A program made the translations under genes and the position numbers. Positions 53,701-64,000 of a stretch of 64,000 nt of DNA are shown here, piece by piece (position 1 is the first letter of the stretch; each line of letters begins with the position of its first letter). This stretch comes from Azolla caroliniana. Its lineage: Eukaryota > Plantae > Polypodiophyta. Location: contig JBHGNT010000007.1 of assembly GCA_043228905.1 (NCBI GenBank), positions 17,546,001 through 17,610,000 on the forward strand, read 5' to 3'. The notes beneath the pieces are model-generated. The model was not told where the DNA came from and did no database searches. It saw nothing but the letters and a program-made list of their open reading frames with translations.

Positions 53701-54468
53701 TTTTCCAAACACTGCAAGTTTAAAGGTACAGGGACATATTGATAATCAATTTTAACATTATGCATTATGCATTTCGAATATTTAGGCCTTCTCATTAGCT
53801 GGCCATGTTTAATGTTCAAAGTTGCAATGAAATGTAATAAATGTGGTTCATGAAGACCAAATTAGTGTATATATATAGACAGATGTAAGCATAGACATAC
53901 ATGCATGCCTGAGTGGACCGATGACCGATAATAGTATTCACAAATCACTTTCAAAAGCAAAATCAAAACATCAGAAAGAGGAAGAAAGAAATAAAGCATA
54001 CAATTACATACATCCTGACTGAGGGACAAAGCCCCCTACATACCTATTTACAGACATACATAAAATCCTTCATGCATAGCATTCATAAATAGCATCGCAT
54101 AACATACGTTAGTTTTCTTCATACATAGCTGAACGTTGTGGAGGCCAATCAATAATAACTCGAAACTGGACACTTCCAAAGAAACAAAAGAGATAATATC
54201 CGAGAGAGAGAGAGAGAGAGCGTACTCTGATACCATGTCCGTTGTCGGCGATCTGAATGAGCTTGAGACCCCCGTCCTTGATAAGGATGGAGATGGAAGA
54301 GGATCCAGCATCAAGGCTGTTCTCCAGGAGCTCCTTGAGGGCGGAGGCCGGGCGCTGGATGACCTCGCCAGCTGCAATGCGGTTCACAACAGACGGATCC
54401 AGGCGGCGGATGGGAGGAGGAAGGAGAGGAGAGGCAGCGCCATCTGCGTCCTCTTCTGGAGCAGCCAT
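44769..54468 (-). CDS. MLH1: DNA mismatch repair protein MLH1, 16 exons, about 730 aa
   Basis: Exons 54468-54226, 51829-51657, 51519-51447, 49961-49827, 49747-49537, 49351-49203, 49094-48996, 48925-48859, 48489-48345, 46769-46675, 46596-46488, 46410-46245, 46075-45914, 45829-45667, 45060-44903, 44813-44769; 2193 nt in frame. Motifs [38 protein letters not shown] and C-terminal LYKIFERC*. Confidence 0.97.
53017..53695. repeat. Nested tandem duplications in MLH1 intron 1 (170-bp near-perfect pair; older pair of about 210 bp)
   Basis: ATTGACAATGAGTCCAAG at 53017 and 53187; CAGCCTTC.CATAAATTGTCAAAA...TTGAAGGTT at about 53272 and 53484. Confidence 0.88.
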
Positions 54469-54532
54469 TCTCTCTGTGTGTGGTCTCTGTGTGGTCTGCG
54501 TGTGCGTAGAAGGAACTAGGTATGGCTATGGC

Positions 54533-54533
<1 letters not shown>

Positions 54534-54570
<37 letters not shown>
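54534..54570. repeat. (AGAC)n microsatellite upstream of the MLH1 start
   Basis: Direct reading. Confidence 0.9.
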
Positions 54571-54594
54571 GGCTTCAAAACTAAAACTAAATTA

Positions 54595-54952
54595 TTAGAT
54601 CGGCAACGGTTCGGTTTCGCCTTAACCGGTTTGACCTTGTCCAAACCAAACCGGTTACGCCTAACCCGGTTTGGGGAGGTTTCCAAACCTGAACCAAACC
54701 GGTTTATTCAAGCCGATTAAGTCTTAAAAGGAGCCCAGCCGATTCCTACTAATAATGTAATGTAATGGCCATCTCTTCTCGTCTCTTTCTCTTCTCTTTA
54801 CATAAAAGACTGTGTGTCATCAAACCAGAACCAAACCGGTACCTAAACCGGTTTAGCCAAACCTTAACGGAGCTGAGCCGATTCCTACTAATAATGAATG
54901 TAATGCAATGCAATCTCTTCTCTTCTCTTTACATAAAAGACTGTGTGTCATC
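54595..54952. mobile_element. AACCGG-rich MITE-like fragment with an internal duplication of about 140 bp
   Basis: Begins TAGATCGGCAACGGTTCGG, similar to the reverse complement of 7160-7176. GAACCAAACCGGT...ACATAAAAGACTGTGTGTCATC occurs twice. Confidence 0.55.
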
Positions 54953-55377
54953 CCTCTCCCTTGAAAAATGTGCTTATATGTTTGGGATTCCAACATCAAT
55001 GATGACCAACACTACACGAGAAACCAATGTCTTTTAGAGTACGGTAGGATGACTAACGATTGCGAAAATCAAGGGCATCGGTTTCAACCTGAAAGGATGG
55101 GCCTGGCTGGGTTTGGACGCAGAGGTATGGGGGTAGTGATGAATGCTTGCTTTAGCAACTTGAATGCATTTCGAGCATCCATAGTATTGTGAAAACGAGC
55201 ATCTTTGTGCATAAGAGCTATCAAGGGTTGCACAATTGTCGAGAATCCCTTGATAAATCATTGATAGAATTTCACAAACTCGAGAGTCGAGTCGGAATGG
55301 CCCGCTCTTGAATAGTCTTGACCTTTCATGTATCCATCGTAATTCTCTAGTTATAGTAAATAGTTCTCTTATATTAT

Positions 55378-55755
55378 ACAACGGTTCAGTTTGGGGGTGA
55401 ACGGTTCGGTTCGGGTAAAACTGTTTGATGGTTTACAATTGCCAATCGATTGTTTTTAGTTTTTTTTTTAAACAATCTTTCCATTTTTAAGCCTAATTCT
55501 CACATTTTGGGAAAATCTTTAAAATTTTAAAAGTTTAAATAATGAAAAAATTTTAAATTGAAAATTTGAATTTTGACCTAACTTGAAAACTGAAACCACA
55601 GTTTTAACGGTTCCGATTTTTTGTAACAGGTTTGAACGGTTCTCGTTTAACGGTTTCGATTTTTCATGGTTCGGTTTGGTTTGTTTCAAGTTTTAATTTT
55701 TTTAATTGTTCGGTTTTGACACGCTCAAATTGAACTGAACCGTTGTTGATTGTTA
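55378..55755. mobile_element. Second copy of the 17.3-kb MITE-like element
   Basis: Shares GTTTGATGGTTTA..TTGCCAAT, CCTAATTCTCACATTTT and GGTTTTGACAC with 17259-17711. Right end reverse complement TAACAATCAACAACGGTT. Confidence 0.7.
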
Positions 55756-56171
55756 GGTGGAAGGGGCGGGATCCAAAGCATCTAGCTTGTGTTTGTTGGT
55801 TGTAGAGTGTAGAGTGTAGAGTGTAGCTATGAAGGTAGGAGAGGAGGGATAGTAGGATGGGCATGGGTTCAACACAGATTTTGTGGGAATGAAGGAGCAA
55901 AAAGTTTCGAATATGTATGTGCATGCATACTATATTAGCCATGAAAGAAAAAATGCATATCCTATCCTTTATAGATTCGAATGTTTGATGATGATTTGCT
56001 CGGAGGCACCAATATTTGTAGGGTGGGGTAGGGTAAGGTTCAAAGAGGGAGTGGGTATATACATACATACATACATACATCATTACATGTATATTCATTC
56101 CAGTTTAGAACCGAGCAGTTCCATCCCCCCCCCCCCTTTTCTTTTAGAGTTTGAAAACAAGTATAAAACCA

Positions 56172-56175
<4 letters not shown>

Positions 56176-56260
<85 letters not shown>
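56176..56260. repeat. (TC)n microsatellite, about 42 units
   Basis: Direct reading. Confidence 0.97.
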
Positions 56261-56262
<2 letters not shown>

Positions 56263-59200
56263 GCGCACATCTCCTTGTCTTTATCATATACTGAGTTTCT
56301 ATGGGAGATTAATGACTAATAACCGCAATGTGGACACTTACCTAAGCCGCCATTTTGCTCTCTAATCGGTATCTTCAAGGATAAATTTATCGGTACATCC
56401 ATATGATACTTGACATTATGAACAAAGAGATCCACTATGATATTCTATCTAATTTAACCATAGTAACATTCGTACATAATTGAGCTTCACCATTGTTGTC
56501 TACTGTCTAATTTACCCATGCCTTTCGAGGGACATGGAGCCCCATTTAATGTCGAGTTTTAGATGATTTGTTAAATAAATTGTGTAGGTTTGTACATATG
56601 ATAAACCCTAAACCCTAAGCATTCACTTTTTCCACTTGGCAAGATGCTTACCTATGACTCCGAAAATTGTCATACGATCATGGCCAATGGATGGCCATCA
56701 TGCTACATAGTCAAAAATACAATCTTGCTTGTGGGATGATGGTTATGGAGAGAAACAACTCTCTTATGAAACAATTTTGGTCTATGAAGCTTCCATACAA
56801 AAAACAATGTCATCAAAATACTCATTGGTTCTAACATGTTTCCCTTACTAACATACATCCTATTCATAATTTATCGAGCACTTAAAGATAGAAAAAAAAA
56901 TCATCGACGTGCACTTCCATTCAAGCAATCGCTTCACATGTCATTTTTTTATTATATGCTATAGGTTCCCAATAGCTTTTGTATGTTTTGTCAAGGAAGA
57001 AAATAGAATTAATCAACAATAATCTTCAAGAACTTGTTAATCATACATAGTTATGTCTTAAAGGCACATGATTGATGTCTATATGATAGTTCTACTAACA
57101 TAAGTCACGCATGTCTTACATACGATTAGACTTTCTTGCACTTTCACTATTGCAAAGCCAATCTTGGTCATGAAGACAATTAGACACGACTTTGGTGGAG
57201 AAGACGGTTTCAATATTTGTGGGTGGTGGCATGCAATGAACCTCATCTTCTAACCATAAAAGTGCTAACTCAAACACATGAGAGATGACACTTCATCCAC
57301 TTCTCATAATTGTGGCCTTTTGAATTTTGGAATATTATTTCTTTTAATACACATTCCTATTGAATGCAAAATCTTAATATTTGTAAGGTCATTGAAACAT
57401 TGTATAAAGGTATTGCTTCTAATCCCCATTGTAAAAGTATAATATAATTCATCCTCCACGATGCCTCACCCCCCATGTTGGTTCACCTAGATTTGATGCA
57501 AGAACTCATCCTCAAGGATGCCCAATTCCCATGTTTCTTGCCAACCTAGATCTAAATACAAGTGCAACACAAGAAAATTCAAATGTTTTGCACCTATGAA
57601 ATGTATACCGATAAATAGTTCTATGCATAACAACACAACCTTTTGCGCTACTTCTCTTCTATTACACTTAAAAGGCAATGACTCACTAGAGTTCATATCT
57701 AACCTAATTGATTGAGGCATGTGACAAGTATAATAAAAAAAAATCAACACTATAAGGCATAAAAGTAATACATTTGAGATAAGTACATATAATATTCGAA
57801 AGCGAACAATCATAAAAGACTATTTCATGTTAAGAAGTTTATATTTCACAAGTCTAATAATAGATTGTAATCATCTAAAAGTTCACATAGGGAAACATTG
57901 ACCCATGGTCGAGAAATCTATGCATTGAAGTGTGAGATGTTTATCATGCTTGATCTTGTGATTCAAGCATTGTGAGCCTCTTAGCAAGCAAAGCCGAGCT
58001 GAGCCATGCAATTCAAGTGGGGTATTAAAATGTCCTTGCCATTGCAATAAAAAAGATAGCAAGACAACTCTTCATGTACAATCAAATTGCATGCATTGTC
58101 CTCCGACCTTCCAATACAATGGAGTAAATTTTGTTGCGACACATCATTTGGCCTATGTTGCATCCAAATACATGCCAAGTCTATGTCTAACATAAAATTG
58201 CAATATGTACATTGAGAGGGAAAGGCATCACAATCAATTCAATGCTAGGCAGAAACTGCCATACTTTTTGCCCACAAAGATTCTAAGTTAATGTCTGGCA
58301 TCAAAAGCGGCAAAAACTTGCTAGGTAATGCTTAACATCAACATCCAGTCACTTCCTTTCCACCTATTTTGTAGGTTGTAGCTGATATGCCTTTTTTGTA
58401 AACTAATGGAAGGATATTTTGTTCAAAAAAAAAAACTTCAACATCCAGTCAGTGCCTCACTCCAAATTTTGGTTTCCAAATGAAAACAAAGTTTTGGCTA
58501 CAAATGCACAACTCTAACCTACTGTTGATTCTTTATATTTGAATCCTTAGGTATTTTCCTATATGCACAGTTGTTTCCATACAATAATTTTGAATAACTG
58601 GATCAAATATTTTCACGAGAGTTTTGCTTTTAAGGCTTCTAAATGAGGATTTGATTTATAATTATTTGTATATTAAATCTTTTACAAAATATTTGTATAG
58701 GAGCAATATAGTTCTCCAACATTGTTGGTAAAACATCAAATCATGAAATTCACACATTATGAAAAAGTAGCTACAATTTTTATAATATGAATATTTGACA
58801 AATTTGATATTCTTCAATCTATATGTTACTTGTAAGGGCTCTCAAATTTGATATTTCTCAAAGTATAGAGATTGCAATGGAACTTTGTTATGGGGATGAT
58901 AATTGTGATGGGGTGTATCATATCATTTCTTGTAGGTGTCCCTATGATAATTGAGAATGAAAGAGTGATGCATTGTTACCATTCCAAGTCAAGTTGAGTC
59001 ATGTGATTTGATCGGATCTTAAAATGTGTTTACCATCATCCTACATACAAGATGGGAAGATGGCAACACCTCCAAGCAGAAAAAATTATGGTCTTGTCCT
59101 TTTTCAAATGAGTGTGATTGACAAGTCTTAGGATCCTTAGCCACAAGAATACCAAATGTTGTGATGTGGTGATATGATCAAATTAGGTCGAATGTGGTCT

Positions 59201-59419
59201 AATAAATCATGGTTCTAATGTTTTCCTATTTTGTGTCATTGCTATTGTAGATAATCCAAATTCTTCCCCATCTCAAGAATCCCAACCTATTGGACTTGGG
59301 TTCCCATAAATCACAACCCCTTTTTCTTGGGGTGGGCTTGAATAATGCAATGTAACAAGATTGATCAAAGGCATTCGTAGGTCAAAATTCTCTTGAATAT
59401 CACTGATTACCACATCTTG

Positions 59420-60095
59420 CTTGAAATGTTGGATGCAAGCTACAAAATAATCATAAGAGTAAAATTCTCTCATCCGGTTGGGTTGTGACATAAGAAAATG
59501 GTTCAAAAGATGGGGTGTGGATGATCTTTTAGAGCTTTCAAGTGATGCTATGATTACGGAAAGGTTGGTGGAATCATTAAGGATGAAGTGGAAAGATGCT
59601 AATAGGACAAAGCTACAATACTACATGGCAAATGTCAACCCTGAATGTTGGTCTCATATAAGGCAAAAAGCCCATTGATCGTATCCAACCTTATCGCATC
59701 ACCAAAATGAGTAATAATGCTCATAGAGCCCTCACACTACGCACTCGATCTCACAAGTTAGGTATTGAAGTTGCATCATGGTATCAAAATGTAACGAATT
59801 TGAAGGCATGTGAAGTATGCAATGAAGGCATGGCAGAGGATGAATGCCACTTGCTCTTCACATGCTCGGCATATAGTGAAATTTGCTCAAGATATGACGA
59901 CATATTAAGAGGGAGTGATAACTTAAGTGACATACTTAAGACACCACCTAGAAGGTTGAGCTCATATGTGTATGCCTTATTCACACACAGAGACTTTGTG
60001 CTTCAATGTATGAATACCCCTTTTTAGGAAGGAGACACATATTGAGAACACAAAACTGGCCTCTCTATGGACAATAAAAAAATCTAAAATCTAAA
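59420..60095 (+). mobile_element. 5'-truncated LINE (3' end of ORF2 with CCHC finger), same family as the 11-kb insertion
   Basis: LRTRSHKLGIEVASW...CEVC...EDECHLLFTCSAYSEI; nucleotide collinearity with 11000-11481 (minus strand); tail CTATGGACAATAAAAAAATCTAAAATCTA; stop and frameshift near 59680. 5' boundary approximate. Confidence 0.85.
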
Positions 60096-61939
60096 AAATT
60101 AAAGAAATTTGACCAATGGGATAAAAAAAAAGAAAAAAGACTTTAATTAATTAAATAAACGTGACCAAGATTTATTGGGCAAGCTCCCCATATTGGATGG
60201 GACGTTTGCATTTACTATCAAAGGGCAAGGTGGCCAAGGAGTCCTTTAGGCTTGTTGTGAAGTGGTTAATATTAATCCTTTAGGAGAGAAAGAGAGGGAA
60301 ATGGTTAAGAAAGGGATGAAAGTCTAGAGAATTAGCAATCGACTTAGAAGAAACGTTGAGAGAAGTTGATTCATTTGCTTTTACACCTCTTTTTGCTTTA
60401 ACTTAAAAAAACAATTTTCTTTATACTAGTGGGGACACATGACCCTTCTCTTAGGTCTGCCAAAGTCTCTTCCTCTTAATACATGTTAATGCCAATGCAA
60501 CATATGACTGCCAAGTACTCAGGGAAACTTAGGGAAAACTAATAAAGAAGTGAGGTTCACAACAAATATGACCTATCTTGACAGATTTCTAGTCCTACAA
60601 TGAGGAATTCTAGTTACCAAGGATTCAACCGGCATGCATACATACAAGGAGAGGTCTTGGGATGTCAAAAACATGCTAGTGACATGTGATTTCGGCACCT
60701 AGATACATACGTGTAACACGTAAAAAACACTGAGGAGTGGATGATTAACAATTTGTAATGTAAGAGCACACTATAGTCCAAACTCTTTTCCCTTGGATGG
60801 AATGGGGCCGTCATGAAGCTTCCTAGCAACCGAAGGTATAACTAGTTTTATCTCGACCTCTAAACATGTTTTGATTCTATGCTATATATTGAATGCTAAA
60901 AGATTTAAAGATTGATTGACCATTAGGAGATGCTTAAATCTGCATTGCAATGCTCCTACAATTGTGATTGTAACAGGGGGTGGGGAATTGACATGTTTAG
61001 TAATGCATGGGCAGGAGGTGGATCAAAGGAGCTCCAACCCAAGTGGTCTAGTTTCCACATATGTTGAAAAGCAAGGCATTCCAAGAGAGATCTGTATTTC
61101 AATCTGCAAGGCAATGGCAATCCGAAACATACTGGGCCCTTTATTAGACACCACATCTAGCATACATACATATCTATCAAGTGTTTCAATCTAGCATACA
61201 TTTATCTTGTCTCTTGTCTCTAGTTGGTTCATGACGTCGTAATGCTAATGTTTCTAGTGTCATTTCATGCTCAAGAATAGACATGCCAATGTTTCTAATC
61301 TCTAGTTATTCTCAAGAATGGGCACAAACTTCACAACATGCAACCAAACCACATAAACGGTACAATATATTTGTCAAGAGTGACTCAAGAAAGTGTTGGG
61401 AGAGAAAACATTGTTGTGCCATCATAAACATATGATATCAACAAATGATAGATAATTGTGTATGTATGTAAGTAAGAGTTTCACATAAATAGAATTTTTA
61501 TTTGAAAAAAATCAAGTCATTTGCCAATCCATTTTTATTTTACATGATGAAGCTACATAATTGTTTTCTTATAGGTTTTCCATACTATTGAGGTGATTTA
61601 ATAAACTCTTCCGTGTGAGGTAGTCGTTTTTTCATGGTCAACACATGCAAGGGTAATGCATTATGTACGTAGCCTCTTCCACTATTATCGAGATCATGTT
61701 GTGCAATGTTACGAATATATATTTGTTGATCTCCATGTCTTCCAATGCATGAGTGAATAGGAAGGTGTGGTATTTAGGGTTTAACCAACTCTTAGAAGGC
61801 TTTGGAAATCCATGAATGGGGTAGTTTTACTTCTTCACGCAACAAACATACTCTACTTGTACGCATGTTCTTGTAATTGAATGCATGGGATTGCATACTA
61901 AGGATTGCTACATTTCATCGAGAAGGTAAAAGTGGGTGT

Positions 61940-63712
61940 TCAATGGAGTAATGGTTGTCTAAGCTCCTCTCGTGGCTCTGTGTTGATGATCAACGTAGAT
62001 TTATCATCCAGCTTATCCTCCACCACTATATACCCCCTTGTCTCTCTTGATTTCCCCCATAAAACAAGATAAAGGCCGACGACAATAAACAATCCACCGG
62101 TCAAACTGTAGATACATAACAAATTGTTATATGTACATGTCTCACCAAAATAACATCCAAAGGAAAAAGAAGAAAAGGCCCATTTCGCTAACCTTCCCAC
62201 GGAAAGAGTTTCTTCTAGGAATACATAAGATAGTATTGCTACCAATATTGTTTGGAGAGGTTGATATGCCGCAACGAGTATTGGTCCCCCTTCATAAGCA
62301 CACCATGCTTGGAGAGTCATAGCCACGCTAGATGCGAATAGCCCCTACATGCACAACATCATCAATTCATCATCATCGCTACTCCAACATTAATGTTTGT
62401 TTATGTTAACGAAATATGGAAAAGCCATATGAAAACTCCAAAGCAAAAGAAAAAAAAAACAAACCCCGTATAAAATGGCCGAGAAGTCCAAAAAAAACGT
62501 TGAAGCCCATACGCTAGGTGTTCTTTCCACACATATTGCTATCGATGCAAGCTGGATACTTCCAAATACATACGTAAATGCTGTCACCGATAGTTGTGCG
62601 GGATAATCTTTCAGAACTGGCTTCTATCGAGGGTGGAAGTCACAAGGAAAAAGAAAAAACATTAGATCTTTTTGATGAATTTGGCCATAGTTCCATGACA
62701 TTACACAAACCGAGCTTTTCTTCGAGTACTATACCTGTATGATGAACCATATGGCCCATGTTAAACAATTTCCAAGAAGACAGAGAACCCCCCATTTCGA
62801 TGATGCATTCGAAGAAGACCCCAACATTACTAACCTTTGAACAAACGATCCTCCAACTGTGAGTAGTGACGGATCTTTGTATAATCCGATCACCATAGCT
62901 CCACTAACAGCTATGATCATCCCCAATACCTTTGCTTTCCCTTCTCTTGTTTTAAGCCTTATTTTCTCTATCCTAAAGACACAAAGGTAAAAAGGTCAAG
63001 AAAACAATGCTTTTTACTGACAATATGAAGGCCTCTTTCCAAGAAACAGTTCAAACCCATGTAAAGATAAAAACAAGCTTGAAGAATGAATCTACATGCA
63101 AGCATTTTGTCTCTATCCTAAACACACAAATTTTTACCCAAAAAACAGCAAACACAGGGTTCATGGTGGTATTAAGTTGCTTTAGCGATCAAAAGGTCAA
63201 CTTTCGACAGCGATTGCTTAAAATCTTCACTATTTTAAGAGGTTATATTGAAATAGTACGGCAACTCTATTGTTCGCTTCTATCTTCATTCATGATTATC
63301 TTAGTCAAAGTTCGAGGAAGCCATATCACATCGATTTTGCACTCCCATCAAGTTTTGTGTAGACTTTTTAACACATATTTTCTTGTATCAATTACAGAGC
63401 ATTTTTGACATTATCAATATGCACCTGAGTAATGAAGCTAATGCAAATGTCAATGCAGGCGTCAGGTTTTGCATGGTAGCCGTGAATGTTGCCGAGGTAT
63501 AGGTTAGTCCTGTAACAAAAAGCATCTGGTTGCTGCAGATTCTGAAAAGAAGAAATTCCACACAGCAACGAATACAATCAAATCTTCATACAAGGTCCAA
63601 TTGTGTACAAAATGTTCACAAAAGAAGCTAGTTAGGCTGGAGGAGTTACCCAATTAAGCCGGTAACAAAAAACTGCGAGAGTTTAGTAAAGGTCAACGTA
63701 GGACGGGCGTTC
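61940..63712 (-). CDS. WAT1-related/UMAMIT (nodulin MtN21, EamA) transporter, partial; first exon beyond window
   Basis: Exons 63712-63650, 63541-63425, 62972-62735, 62623-62465, 62344-62193, 62105-61940. Motifs AKVLG, WAIWFIIQ, YPAQLS, GGPILVAAYQPLQT, GLYLVLWGK. Confidence 0.93.
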
Positions 63713-64000
63713 CTGGCGAGGAAAAATGATAAAGAAGAATCTTAGATCATTTTTTATTCAGAATTCAGTGTTCTGTACTTAGATCTTACAACATCAGTAA
63801 AACATTGAATAGATGAAGCTGAAACATACTCTGATCTCATAGATCCTGCCATTATAGTTTTACATTAGTAGGAGAAACTTACGTACATCAAGCAAATACA
63901 TATCCCCAATTCCATGAATTCTGTAATTTTTTGTTAAAACCACCACTAAAAACTCTTATAAGACCTTAACCACCAAAACCCTTATATACGATCCTAAACC

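Noticed and set aside
56600-58400. Possible decayed hAT transposase on the minus strand (MAR-DIL-IP-like and LD.-like fragments)
   Set aside because: Motifs are weak and in an inconsistent order; needs a profile search.

Overview
AT-rich eukaryotic nuclear DNA from a land plant. The lineage cannot be fixed from sequence alone; a seed-free plant such as a fern is plausible. There are five complete protein-coding genes: an intronless J-domain/DUF1977 chaperone, the 11-exon proteasome lid subunit RPN5, a 3-exon VIT1/CCC1-family transporter, a 3-exon WEB1/PMI2-family coiled-coil protein, and the 16-exon MLH1. The 3' part of a WAT1/UMAMIT transporter runs off the right edge. The window opens inside a non-chromoviral Ty3/Gypsy element with pol, a long extra same-strand coiled-coil ORF, a 605-bp duplication spanning the PPT/LTR junction, and a 3' LTR. 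Other mobile DNA includes a young 1.5-kb non-autonomous LTR element (identical 197-bp LTRs, tRNA-Ala PBS, 4-bp TSD, internal tandem array), two LINE 3' ends, and a family of AACCG-rich MITE-like elements near gene starts. The most unusual structure is a TSD-flanked chimera of a tRNA-like Pol III head, oligo-T and a LINE 3' end, inserted into a duplicated fragment of the neighbouring DnaJ gene. All exon boundaries were read by eye from GT-AG sites and frame continuity.
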